A DNA stretch of 62,417 nt, counting the filler, from Nemertoderma westbladi (lineage: Eukaryota; Animalia; Xenacoelomorpha), in NCBI GenBank assembly GCA_032718475.1. It is 4 parts of 4 records of this genome, joined end to end, with 100 filler letters (N's around TTAATTAATTAA, not from the genome) between each part and the next. Parts side by side here need not be neighbours in the genome. Positions count along the whole stretch, not along the records: positions 32,756 to 53,414 come from JAUCBJ010004551.1; 3 more parts are not named here. The stretch is one strand, 5' to 3'. Below are positions 35,056-46,723 of this stretch, piece by piece (within the stretch, counting starts at the first letter, position 1; each line of letters starts with the position of its first letter). A model generated the notes under the pieces. That model saw nothing but the letters and a program-made list of their open reading frames with translations. It was not told the origin of the DNA and made no database searches. The translations under genes were made by a program, and so were the position numbers.

Positions 35056-35325
35056 ATTGATTATATTGAATGGGAGAATCTTTTAGGCTCATTAAGCCAA
35101 GGAATGCCTGTTCACCACCATGGGTTATCTTCCATAGTAAATCCTTCCACTCTGTTTCCCAAGTTGTCTTGGTTCCCATTTATCGTGCACTGAAGGATGA
35201 AAGCCGGGGTTGGGCTAAGGCTGCAGCATTAAAAGCACTGCGCCCAAACAGTGCTGCCCCATCTAGGGATCGAATCAGGGCTCCCTAATTGGAAGCCCAG
35301 GAATGTCACCACTAGACCAAGCTGC
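35056..35325 (-). mobile_element. tRNA(Gly)-derived SINE with a Meta-like central domain
   Basis: Minus strand: A-box tggtctagtgg, cTTCCaa loop, B-box gattcgatcc, then ggctttcatccttcagtgcacgataaatgggaacca resembling the MetaSINE core. Confidence 0.75.
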
Positions 35326-35450
35326 ATTATTATATATATTACATTGTTTATATTGACATTTATATATTACAGTGAGTATTACATGATGGCCTTATGAGGG
35401 ACCTACACTTATTCTAGTATTTACTGTATTGTTACTAATTTTAATTGTAG

Positions 35451-35647
35451 ATTCGCCTAACCTCAGTTTGTACTGGGGTGGTGTGTCAGGGCACGTATGG
35501 TTTATTCCATACGTGTCCCTGTTATTCCACAACATATTCAAAATTGATATTCCGCAGGCTGTCAACGAGAAGGGAGTGCCTCTGCGACAGGAGCCCTTCA
35601 ATTCGAACTCATTCACACTGTTGTTCGTAGAAGGAGAGTACTTGAAC
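35451..35647 (+). CDS. Possible isolated exon of an unknown gene
   Basis: tgtAG acceptor, open frame SPNLSLYWGGVSGHVWFIPY...VEGEYLN, GTTAGT donor. More GC-rich than the flanks. No recognisable motif. Confidence 0.3.
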
Positions 35648-36519
35648 GTTAGTAATTAGTTTATGAATATATTTAAACAGCATTGCTATTTTAGCATTGA
35701 TATGTAATGTTTCCTAAATCAACTGTATGTATAGACAAATGGAATAAAGGTTCAGTAATACTTTGCGAGTTGAGTTGACTACCACATAATTTTTCGTATT
35801 TGTAAAAAGTAGGCCTACTTCATGATAATTCACTTATGATAAAATTTTTTAAGAATGTCCAATTAATGTTTTTATATTAAATGAGGCTGTTAGTAGGACG
35901 CCTAATGCTGAATATTTTAATTACCATAATTGAACTTTTGAAAACGTACATTTATCGAAATTAAATAAGAATATCCAACATAAGATTTCACACCTACGCC
36001 TGCACACACATACGGGCATATGGTGTAAAACGAGGACTTCCGTATATCATCTACAAACCGAGGACTATCAATTCTTTTCTTTATCTCGTTTTCGTAAAAC
36101 TAATTTAAAAAAACACCTTCACTTTTCAATAAACGGTACGAGATGGGTTCAACACACTTTGAATATAATAGTTGAAAGTGTAAATTTGTTCACGCGTATT
36201 TCACAGGGGCACCGAGGACATGGAACATACACAATATACACATGTGTGTGAGAGGTCCTCGGTTCTACTTAACTTCAGGTGAAACTTATACTATTATGGC
36301 CCTGACAGGAACAAAAAATATGTTGAATATCATATGATCCATTATTAATTAATTATTTATATACCTTATCTGCTTCATTTAAGATCAACATTTAAACAAT
36401 TATTGAATAATATTATATGTTTACATAATTTATTTTAATTTGTATGTCTGGAATATTCAAACCATTCAATCCTAATGCTGAGCTGCCTGTATCCAATCCC
36501 ATTATCGGCATTTAATAAT

Positions 36520-36682
36520 GTAGTTTGGGACTTCGAGCAGCACGTGAACAACTAACTTAACTGGTTATGTAGTTTCGGACTTCGAGCAGTACATGAACAA
36601 CTAAGCTAGAACTGCTTATTTAGTTTAGGACTTCGCGCAGCACGTGAACAACTAACTTAACTGGTTATGTAGTTTGGGACTT
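36520..36682. repeat. ~50-bp tandem repeat (3+ copies)
   Basis: Unit approximately tagtttgggacttcgagcagcacgtgaacaactaacttaactggttatg. Confidence 0.85.
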
Positions 36683-37459
36683 TTAGTAGTATTTTTTACT
36701 TTTACTTTACATTTTTACTTTTAGTAGACTTTTAGTAGTTTTTGGTTATATAGTTTGGGATTTTTTTAATAGTTCAGTGAATTCGGTAATTCTGTTAAAA
36801 TATATTGTCCGGAAGTTTTACGATAATTTGTGCAAAAATCATTGTAGGGCAAATAAATTGTCCCCAAAAATTTACAAGTACGGTAAACTTTAATGTGGGA
36901 AGTTATATTATATTGTTAAATGTTAAGGAAATTTCTCAAGATTTGTTGTAATACTCCTTTTTAGAGTTTGGTCAGTTGTCATTTATTGCCTTACCGGGTT
37001 TCTGTGATGTTTACAGTAGGCCTCGCATATCTACAGTACTGTACAATAATAAACCAATTTAACTGCAACTGAGATGTACAATGTTGGCAATGATATATCT
37101 ACAGTATTAAGCTACTGCATTTCATTATTTGCACAATGAATATGAAATAATTTTAGTTATAATATATTTACATTATAAGCCCCCTTAAAGGCAAATTACA
37201 TTCATTTAAACTTTTTTCCTTTTCCTACTGGTCGTTTAATGTACTAAAGGTTTTATGAGGTCCTCGGTTCTTCTGAAAAAAGCACCTTCCCTATTATGGT
37301 ATCCAAGAAACAGATGATTGTTTCCTTACCATGGGCCTTCTCTTCGGATAATACAATGGTGCTTTCTGTTCCATTTTGCAACCACATCGCTGTTGTAAAT
37401 ATCTTAATCGCCTCCCTATTCCAATGGGCACTCTGTGCCTCATCCTGGTAATAACAGGG

Positions 37460-37775
37460 AAAGTTGGTGGCGAAGTCTACCTGCAATAAGGCGGATGTTG
37501 AAACAACCGAAACTTATCAACAACTATCTGCTTGCGTTGAAACGTTTGAAGTCTATACGCCAGCGTTTGTTGCGTGATGAGAAGGCCCATATGCAATGCA
37601 ACACCCAACTTCAGACATACTTTGAAAAGGGTTACTCCATGAGGATGTTAAACCCAGAAGTTGTTACTGACAAGACGTACTACCTTCCACATCACTATGA
37701 ACGACATCCAGATACACTCAAAAAGGTGCACGTGGTCAATGACTGCACTGCCCTCTTTCAGGGGATGTCCCTTCA
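37460..37775 (+). mobile_element. BEL/Pao LTR retrotransposon RT fragment
   Basis: NNYLLALKRLKSIRQRL...YFEKGY...YYLPHH..HPD..KKVHVVNDCTALFQGMSL matches the Pao YLPHH/RVVFD-SA/GxSLN pattern. Confidence 0.85.
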
Positions 37776-38469
37776 GGGATGTACAATAATACTAAAACAT
37801 TATGATTTTAATGTTATTAAATGCATGGTATTATCTTGTAATAGGCATACATAGAGTTTCCATATAAACAATGTTATTTCTATAAATACAATAACTTATT
37901 ACATCTGAACAAAATTGGTGCGGTTTGTTTTATAATATAATAGAGTAAGAATTGTTGAAAACGCTATTTATTAATATTTTAATCATAATGTGAATAATAA
38001 TGTTAGCATTATGTGAACACCCATTTAAAACAGTGAAATAAACCCACAACGCAATGCTTTTATCTTATAGCAAATATATCTTAACAACTGTAATATATAA
38101 TAATGTCTGGTGACCCGTAATGTAGTGCTAAGCTGCTAACCTCGTAGGTATAAAAACATAACTTTCCGATACCCAATAGGGCATCTACAGTATTACAATT
38201 TTATTATTATTTTTGCAAGAAACAATTAAAACAATTAAAATGTATAATTATAGGTAGGCCTACAGTATGCTGCATTAGTATACAGTATATTAATATGTTC
38301 AAGTCGAATCAATCTAGTCGGTCTCTAATCTAGTCGGCATCGGTATCCATCACCACCACAGCTACATCCACCACCACTGCTTCCAATATCCCCTACCCAT
38401 CCACAGCCAGAAGCATCGGTACGCAGACCACGGAGAGCAGGCCGGAAGCGGTCACTCCGTATCTGCAGT

Positions 38470-39089
38470 GTAAAAGATCCCCACTTGCTCCACCAATGCC
38501 TTTGTTAAGTAAATGTGTGAGTAAGCCTACCTACCGCTAAAAGATCCCCACTTGCTCCACCAAAGCCTTTGTTAAATAAATGTGTGAGTAGGCCTACCTA
38601 CCACTAAAAGATCCCCACTTGCTCCACCAAAGCCTTGTTAAATAAATGTGTGAGTAAGCCTACCAGCCTTATTAAATAAATGTGTAAGTAAGCCTACCTA
38701 CCGCTAAAAGATCCCCACTTGCTCCACCAAAGCCTTTGTTAAATAAATGTGTGAGAAGGCCTACCTACCGCTAAAAGATCCCCACTTGCTCCACCAAAGC
38801 CTTTGTTAAATAAATGTGTGAGTAGGCCTACCTACCACTAAAAGATCCCCACTTGCTCCACCAAAGCCTTGTTAAATAAATGTGTGAGTAAGCCTACCAG
38901 CCTTATTAAATAAATGTGGGCGTAGGCCTACCTACCACTAAAAGATCCCAACTTGCTCCACCTACACCTTTGTTAAATAAATACAGTAAAATACAGTAAA
39001 TAAATGAGTAAGCCTACCAGCCTTGTTAAATAAATGTGTGAGTAAGCCTACCAGCCTTGTTAAATACATGTGTGAGTAAGCCTACCAGT
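38470..39089. repeat. Compound ~67-bp / ~35-bp minisatellite
   Basis: Unit taaaagatccccacttgctccaccaaagcctttgttaaataaatgtgtgagtaagcctacctaccgc, interleaved with shorter sub-units. Confidence 0.92.
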
Positions 39090-39857
39090 AGGGGTCGGTA
39101 GTACAGGGAGTAATTTCATAAAAGTTGTTGAAAGTAGTTGATCAATAGCTCATTCGAAAAGTATTTTTATGCTGATTCCAAATATGTACTACTTTTCAGC
39201 TTTTAGTGCAGTCAAAATGAGCACACAGCGATTGAAAATATGTAAGCTCAATCAGAAGCGGTCCATAGTATAATATAATTAAGCGATAGAGTGAATTCTC
39301 ACTGTAGTGTGGGTGTAAAGGCTTTTGCGTAATTAGCCGGTTATATTCCCCGTAAAGTACTCTGTAGTTAGTTTACTAGGCATAAAAAGGCCGTGTCCTT
39401 ACTGTACTGGTGTTTTAGAGGACATAAAGATAATTTCTTCTGTAGGTGTACTTTAGAGGACATAATCCGCAATTTGGTGACGCAATAAGCTGAATCCTCT
39501 TGAAAACAGTGTGGCTACCATGACGACGGCTAACAGCTGATATTGCCATGTCGAACATTTCTTTGTTCTTTGTTCTCTCTTTGTTCGGTCGACCAATCAG
39601 AGCGTTTTTTGACTCTGTGTTGGAGGTTGGATACAGAAACTCATGAATTCAGTGTATATGTTTTTGCCCAGAGCCTAAGAACACCGGCTTTTGGCACCTC
39701 CGTGTTTCAGTCTTTAGCTTAACATTAGTAGGCTTAATTATAGAACGTATATCTGTTATCTCAACTTATCTCACTTACTTACTCAACAATCTGTCGGTTA
39801 TTCATTATATTTGTTGATGAAATATTATATCGGAATACTGATCAATAATCAGACACC

Positions 39858-40440
39858 CCAATCTTCTTGATATACTAAAGGTTAGAGAGACCGGATACAT
39901 ATAACAATTGCGACTTACATTAAGTGGTTTGAAGTGAATCTAATGCTATTTCATAGGCCCGACATAAATTGTCTGTTGCTCTCTTTATATGTGACTAAAA
40001 TTAGTGAAGGTCGGCAGATTAGTGTGCAGTATTGTGCAGCATTGTATATGATTGTAACTGATAACAAAGCATTTCCTAAAGAATGCGCCATATACGTGAA
40101 TCTATAGCCATTCCGTTGTGTCTAGTTTAAGTCATAACTCTGTTTAGGTATTTAGAGCGCCACGTCCTAAAGGAACTGTTAATATTTCCCGAAAGTGAAT
40201 AATATTTGTCAGAGATTATATATTACGATCAGTCGAATAATACAGTAGGCTTACACCTCAATCAAGTTAAGCTTCCGAATTCAGTCTCCCGGGTATATCC
40301 AGCGGGTGAATGATTGCGCATAGACTGGTTTCGGCTAATGTAGTGTATCAAATACTCGTCATAGGCTAAAGACTATCTATCACCTAAAAGACATCCCAAT
40401 TTGGCAGGTTAAACTGTCAAAGGTCTTAAAAGCGCAAACA
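39858..40440 (-). repeat. Inverted copy of the 17241-17845 dispersed repeat
   Basis: Collinear reverse-complement match. Confidence 0.85.
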
Positions 40441-41579
40441 ATAACAGATATTGCTTCTGGATTGCGGCGTAAGCAATCAAGTCGAAAGTACCGGCCAACC
40501 GGTACCCAGTAGGCCTGACTACCTAACCACCCGGACCGGTACCTACAGCAGTACAGGTACGACAGTATTATTCGATTTCGATTATTATCTACCGGTAGGC
40601 CTTAATAATTAATCAGGGACTGCAGCCCTGGTTTTTTATTGAGATTTTACTTATTTCTGTCAGTTTTATTTACTTGTAGGTTAATATTGAGCAGAAGGCG
40701 TGTAAGCCTGCTCAGATTGTACAGATAATTTGTAGGCTTGACTGTTGTAGGCTTGATAGTAGTCTGCCATCGTTTGGTCTGTACTTTGTTTGTGTAGTCT
40801 GTACAGGTAGCGTATAATTCTTATTTAGATAATTTGTAGGCTGGATAGTTGTCTGGCTGTTGTTAGGTCTGTGGAAATTTCGGTGTGTGTAGAGTGTATG
40901 TCCGATAAAGTGCCAGTTGGGAACGTAGGGGCTTCCAGAGCTGTGAGGTAAACCCCCTGTGAAAGAATAAGTCGTACTACTAGGTTAGAACGCATACTAA
41001 CTAACCATTTCGGAGTCTGCACATACCGTAGTTTGTTTGGGCTTGATAATGATCAGCACCATGTAATTACAGTTTGCATCTCTCAGCTGCCCACAGAATA
41101 GCCAATAACCCTTGCTCACAAACAGCCCACCTCGTTTCAGCATCATTCAAAAATCGTGATCCACATATGATGATCATGCATCATATAGAAACCAAGGCTG
41201 TTTTTTCATTTTTTTTAAGCCTGTTATAACGTCATTAAATCCAAATAGTTGTCCCCATCATCACATTTGATATTGTTTTTATCGGGTAGTATCCGGTTGG
41301 TATCCAGTGTTTAAAATCAATATATTAGAATCAACTCCACTTTACAATTTTTTCATGAAAGAGGGATTGGCTGATAATAATAAAGACGGTGAGGGATTGT
41401 CTGATAATAATAATAAAGACAGTGAGGGATTGTCTGATAATGATGGACTATGCGATATAGACATTGGTCTGGAATTGTTTGATAAATACAATATTGGAGG
41501 GGGAACTTGTGATATTATTGACTTTGGTGACGATGATTTTGGAGGATGATTTTTTTTACTTTACTATTAATACTAACAT

Positions 41580-43226
41580 AGGAGACACAGGTGGTCCGGC
41601 CAACGGGAGCCTGCAAGGCCACGTAGTTAGTACGCAGGGAGTAGCGGGGGTGAGAGACCCCGAGGGGAGCCTGCGAGTCACGTAGTTAGGCGGGGAGCAG
41701 CGGGGGTGAATCAACCCGACGGGAGCCTGCCAGGCCACGCAGTTGCACAGGGAGAGGCGACAGTGAACAGACCAGCCGCAGTAGAGACAGTTCATCGACT
41801 AGAGAGGGGTGTAGAAGCGAAGTAAGTGGTAGCGAGTGGGGGGGGGGGGGGGGCTGCGGGCGCCCCACCACGGGAGATTTGGCGAGTGGGGGGGGGGGGG
41901 GGGGGGGGCAGAGAATGTCCCACAAGAGGGATGTAGAAGTGAAGTAAGAGATAGCAAAGTAAGAAGTGGGGGGGGGGGGGGTCTACGGGCGCCCCACCAC
42001 GGAAGATTAGTGGCGAGAGAGGGGGGGGCAGAGAATGCCCCACAAGAGGGGCGTAGAAGCGAAGTGAGAGGTAGTGAAGTAAGAAGTAACGGCTACGGGC
42101 GCCCCACCACGAGAGATTAGAAGCGAGAGGGGGGGGGGGGGGCAGAGAATCGCCCACACGCATTGGCGGATAATGCGCGGGGCGAATTAGGTGAACCGCG
42201 GCACCCGATGACGGAGAATAGTAGGGGGATGACGAGTATCCCCAGGAGGGTCCAGCCGGACAGAGAGAGATGTTAGTGCCGAGAGCGGGTGAGCGAGAAG
42301 ACGTCAGACGGAAGAGAGAAGAAGAATAGTGGAGTTTAACCAGGAGGTCGACGAGAGATCTCATGAGTGGGGACGCTACATTGGAGAGAGAAGAAGAGAA
42401 GAGAATAGAAGAGGCGTCGCTACGAGCGACCGGAGAGCGAGGACGGATAGCGAGCCGGCAGTAGTAGAGATAGAGTTGGGGAGTCAGTGGGGTCAAACTC
42501 CGGGAGATTGCCATCGCCCCGGAGAGACGCACCACACACTAAGAGAAGGGTACAGGACGTACCGATACTAGGAAGAGAACAGGAGAGGGGATTGAAGAGA
42601 AACTTCCCGACGGGATATAGCTGCCGATCGAGAGTACGGTAGTCATGGGGAGAGGCCTTCTTGGAATATTCGAGAAGGTTAAACTTCGGTCCGGAAGGGC
42701 ACATGCAGACTGCAGGACATACTGTAGGCCTTACTGCACATACTATAGGCCATGCTGGGAGAGATAGTGTAGGCGATAGAGTAGCGCGAACGACGGGATT
42801 AGATCCGGAAGTCGCGGAGTATATACCGGTAGGTAGGCAAGAAGTGGATAAGCCTATATCGGTACCAACACAGCAGCATGACTATAATATGCAGGGACAT
42901 AACATATATCCAGGGGAGGGGAGAGTTATTACAGATAGGTGTATGGGCCCCAATATGTTAACATCAACCCCAGTACCAAACATAATACCGGTGGGGGGGG
43001 GGGGGGGGGGGGGGGCAGGGTGACATTCCCCCATTACAATATCAACAATACACTCAACCAGGAATAAGAACATTGAACCCCCTGGACGAGAACAGGTCGT
43101 GCGACACGGAAATATGGAGAGGGCCGTTACCCCCAATGATATATCCGACGCAAGTAAAGGCAACAGGCACGACAGGGCAGCTAACAGGAGAATCTGTACA
43201 GCATTCTTTGAACCCATTGGTTCACA
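41580..43226 (+). pseudogene. Decayed GC/purine-rich ORF with internal repeats, possibly a gag-like retroelement region, cut at the Polinton terminus
   Basis: R/E/G-rich frames (LRAPHHGR repeats, LDPEVAEYIP, LTSTPVP) broken at poly-G runs. The last frame (GDIPPLQYQQ...SLNPLVH) ends at the AGTAGT at 43227. Confidence 0.4.
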
Positions 43227-44123
43227 AGTAGTATATATTTATATGATACTGTATAATGGTCACCCATAGCCCATCATTACCATCCATTTCTACTCCTTCC
43301 TCCAATCAGAAGCCACCATTTCAACCATTAGCAGTGGTCGTTATTATTTCAACCAATCAGATGTCAGCATTTCATCCGTAACCATGGTAACTTCTCAAGT
43401 TCCCGCTTATTCCGCTAGAGGCGTTATTAGTCACCCATCGCTACTCCTTCCTCCAATCACCAACCTTTATTTTACAGGTGTTCGGGTGTCTACACTTAGC
43501 ATCAGGTAACTTCTACTATTTTTTCAAATCGCTATTTTTCACCAACCATTGCATATTCATCTTCACATAGCCTAACCTCACGATGCAAGGCTAGCCCCCA
43601 ACCCATCGCTACTCAATCCACAGCTGTTACCCACCCAACCACCCACCAACCAACCAATCAACAGCGATGCTTGCCTAACCCTACGGTTATTCACCTTTTC
43701 GCCACGTTACCACCACTGCCACGTTACCACCACCACTGTATACTGTATATGGTGACGACGTGGCCATCTACACGCATCACGTATATATTATATTATATTG
43801 ATTGCCAACTCCACGACTGCTGTCACCAAATCCAACCACCCAGTATGATACATGAAATTCCACCACGTTCCAGCTACGCGTATACGAGCATTAGTGATTA
43901 TTATTATTACGCAATAATTTTTGTTTATACAGTAGTTCCCTACCGGCTAATCAACCAATCAATAATCCGAATTTAGGCTATTTCTCAGTTTAAGACCTGT
44001 ATTATTTTTGAAAATATCTTATATATATAATCTCTTGCTTTAATCACAATTAATCATTTGTAATGGTTTTAGTTTAAAAGTTTTTACTTTGTTTGTTTGA
44101 TTTACAATAAAATAAATTAAATA

Positions 44124-44567
44124 ATGTCTTCTGATTCCGATATGGTTATGCCAATAGTAAGGCATTCATTTTTTGCAGAAGATGGTGAAGCCTATATTGT
44201 TATTGATTATACAATTTACCGTCAGGGAGATGATAAATATAAAATTGAGTTTTCTGAAAAAGCCAGGAAAGTTTTAAGCTCAATTGATATTGATGCTTCT
44301 GATAATAGTATTCATCTCTTAGATTACAACCTGAAAGTTGAGCATGAGGGAAAATTAAGCAACATCTTACTATTATCCATGATAGAGGGGTTAATTGTTA
44401 TTACACAATACAACGAAGCTGGTGAAAAGTTTGAAATACGGCTAAATCGGCATAGCCCCTACGAAATTATGTCTTTCTTTATTGTAATGATTTCAAAAGA
44501 ATCCTTTGTCGAACCTGAAGAATCAACAGATAATGTTGAATATGTTGATAATATCATTGATTCTTGA
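44124..44567 (+). CDS. Polinton-encoded hypothetical acidic protein (147 aa)
   Basis: Intact ATG-to-stop ORF between the terminal region and the RING gene. No motif recognised. Confidence 0.65.
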   Translation: MSSDSDMVMPIVRHSFFAEDGEAYIVIDYTIYRQGDDKYKIEFSEKARKVLSSIDIDASDNSIHLLDYNLKVEHEGKLSNILLLSMIEGLIVITQYNEAGEKFEIRLNRHSPYEIMSFFIVMISKESFVEPEESTDNVEYVDNIIDS

Positions 44568-44729
44568 CTTTTCCCCCTATATTATAAATATTTTATGATT
44601 ATATATAAAATTTTGATGTTTTTAAATAATCGAAAATTGTAGTAGTATTTGTATATACAGTATAACAGTTTTGTTTGTTGTTGTTGTGTATTGTGGTAAT
44701 TATTTTCAATTTACTTTAAAATTTGGAAA

Positions 44730-45182
44730 ATGGATATTTTAAATGAAAAATGTCCAGTTTGCTATTCTAAGTTATTGCAACAACATCGAGATTATTATAA
44801 ATGTGAAAATAAACATGCAACTTGCGTACAATGTATTGTACAATATTCCGAAATGAATAATTATTGTTCTAAAATTTGTCCTATTTGTCGCGCACCCATA
44901 TCTAAGTTTAATATAAAGTTGGCAAGATACCAACCCTATTATTGGAAAGAGCTTCGCAATATAACTTATATTTCTGCGGAAAGTAATGATCCAGGAGATT
45001 TATTTACAATATTGGAGAATATTTTTTATAGAAATGTAGTACGACGGTGTTGCTACTATATTCCTTATTTTTTTAGCAGCGAACATAAAAAAATCATTAG
45101 CGCGAAATTCTCGGGAAGTGATTTCCAAACCGCCGATGTTACCTATCATTATTTCGCGTATAAAGATGCTCACCATGCTTGA
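44730..45182 (+). CDS. Polinton-encoded RING-finger protein (putative E3 ligase)
   Basis: CPVC...CENKHATCVQC...CPICR, a C3HC4-type spacing. Confidence 0.8.
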   Translation: MDILNEKCPVCYSKLLQQHRDYYKCENKHATCVQCIVQYSEMNNYCSKICPICRAPISKFNIKLARYQPYYWKELRNITYISAESNDPGDLFTILENIFYRNVVRRCCYYIPYFFSSEHKKIISAKFSGSDFQTADVTYHYFAYKDAHHA

Positions 45183-45398
45183 AATTACATCAGTCTATAC
45201 TATAATTGGAAATAGCACCTTTTGTTGCAGCGAGCGTCACATACTGTAGTTGTGTCATATGTTAATTAAATATACAGTACTCTAATATTGTAGTTACCTC
45301 AATTATTGTTATATACATAGTAATGGTGATGGTTTATTGATATTGATATTTATATTATATTATATTGTATTGTTGATATATCTTAATAATAATAATAA

Positions 45399-46079
45399 AT
45401 GGCTGACTTTAATTCAGGTCCATATAATTTAAACTTTCAAATGGGAACGAGTATGATAATTTCTGGGCCATCTGGTTCTGGAAAGTCAACCTTTGTAAGC
45501 AATTTAATTAAACACAAGAATGGTTGTTTCAACGAAGCCCCCTTGCGAGTACTGTATTGTTACGGGAGCAATCCCCCAACTATTCCGGGTATTACTCACC
45601 TTTACAAAGGCTTGCCCGAAAATATAGATAGTTTAGTGAATAGTCGAGATTTATTAATTATAGATGATTTATTAACAGAAACTGAGTCCAGTACAGCTTT
45701 AACTGTATTGTTTACTAAGGTAGCTCATCATTCCAATATATTTATTTGTTTTATAACGCAAAACATGTTTTACGGTGGGAAGCATAACCGCACAAGATCA
45801 ATTAATAGCCATACTTTAGTATTAATGAAAAATCCGCGAGACAGTTTATCGGTTTTAAATTTCGCGAAGCAGATGTTACCAGGACAGACCAAATTTTTAG
45901 TTGATTCCTATCAAGATGCGACAATTGAACCATTTTCGCATTTCTTAATTGATTTACGACAGGAAACACCCGAACATTTAAGATTTAGATCGGATATATT
46001 TCGTAATCATAATTGTTACATTAAAAATTACATTGACTATAAACGTAGCGAAAATAATAATAATAATAATGATAAATAA
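45399..46079 (+). CDS. A32/FtsK-like DNA packaging ATPase
   Basis: Walker A GPSGSGKS, Walker B LLIIDD, HHSNIFICFITQN, LMKNPRD, LIDLRQETPEHLRFRSDIF, as in Maverick ATPases. Confidence 0.93.
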   Translation: MADFNSGPYNLNFQMGTSMIISGPSGSGKSTFVSNLIKHKNGCFNEAPLRVLYCYGSNPPTIPGITHLYKGLPENIDSLVNSRDLLIIDDLLTETESSTALTVLFTKVAHHSNIFICFITQNMFYGGKHNRTRSINSHTLVLMKNPRDSLSVLNFAKQMLPGQTKFLVDSYQDATIEPFSHFLIDLRQETPEHLRFRSDIFRNHNCYIKNYIDYKRSENNNNNNDK

Positions 46080-46116
46080 TTAATATTTTGTAACAATTTT
46101 CAATAATGTTGCAACA

Positions 46117-46500
46117 ATGAATAGACTTGTGCAGAAATATCGTAACGAACTGGAATTTCTACGCAGCGCTACCCCTCAACAAAGAACTTATTTTATTAAC
46201 CATACCGCGAGTAACGAATTAATACGGCTCATTGTAAATACTGCATTAAATGTTCTAAAAGGTAACGTACAATTGACCCCTCATTCATTTAGAAATATTC
46301 GCCGCTATAAGAAGGTATTGAAATCACTCAACCGTAAAACAAAAAATATATCAAGTTACAGAAAAAAGTTAAGCAATCAATCTGGAGGCATACTACCGTT
46401 TCTAACACCCTTACTCGGCATTGGTGCGAAACTCGCTGCGAGTGCCGGTGCCGCCGCCGCAGGAGCAGCTATTGCGAAAAAAATTAACCGCGGACGGTAA
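46117..46500 (+). CDS. Basic core protein precursor, adenovirus pX-like C-terminus
   Basis: K/R-rich, with ALNVLKGNVQL, then QSGG|ILPFLTPLLGIGAKLAASAG resembling pX MRGG|ILPLLIPLIAAAIGA. Confidence 0.75.
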   Translation: MNRLVQKYRNELEFLRSATPQQRTYFINHTASNELIRLIVNTALNVLKGNVQLTPHSFRNIRRYKKVLKSLNRKTKNISSYRKKLSNQSGGILPFLTPLLGIGAKLAASAGAAAAGAAIAKKINRGR

Positions 46501-46502
46501 TA

Positions 46503-46643
46503 ATGGTTAAAACAGGAGTAACATTTAGAAAATTATATTTAGTATCGAGTAAACCATTAGCTACTGATTTAAAACCTCAAGATATACTTAGAGTAAATAC
46601 TACAAAAAGAAACCCTTCAAAACATCAACTTCAAAGAAAATAA
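46503..46643 (+). CDS. Small Polinton ORF (46 aa, possibly truncated)
   Basis: ATG 2 nt after the upstream stop; MVKTGVTFRKLYLVSSKPL... Confidence 0.35.
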   Translation: MVKTGVTFRKLYLVSSKPLATDLKPQDILRVNTTKRNPSKHQLQRK

Positions 46644-46723
46644 TTAAAAAATTTCAGTTGTTCTTACGGTGATGCCCTTTATAAGAGATTTTAATATACA
46701 TATTACTTGTGGTTGTCGAAAAG

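Noticed and set aside
41792-42535. 247-aa Pro/Ser/Leu-rich minus-strand ORF
   Set aside because: Antisense of purine-rich, poly-G low-complexity sequence, with no domain.
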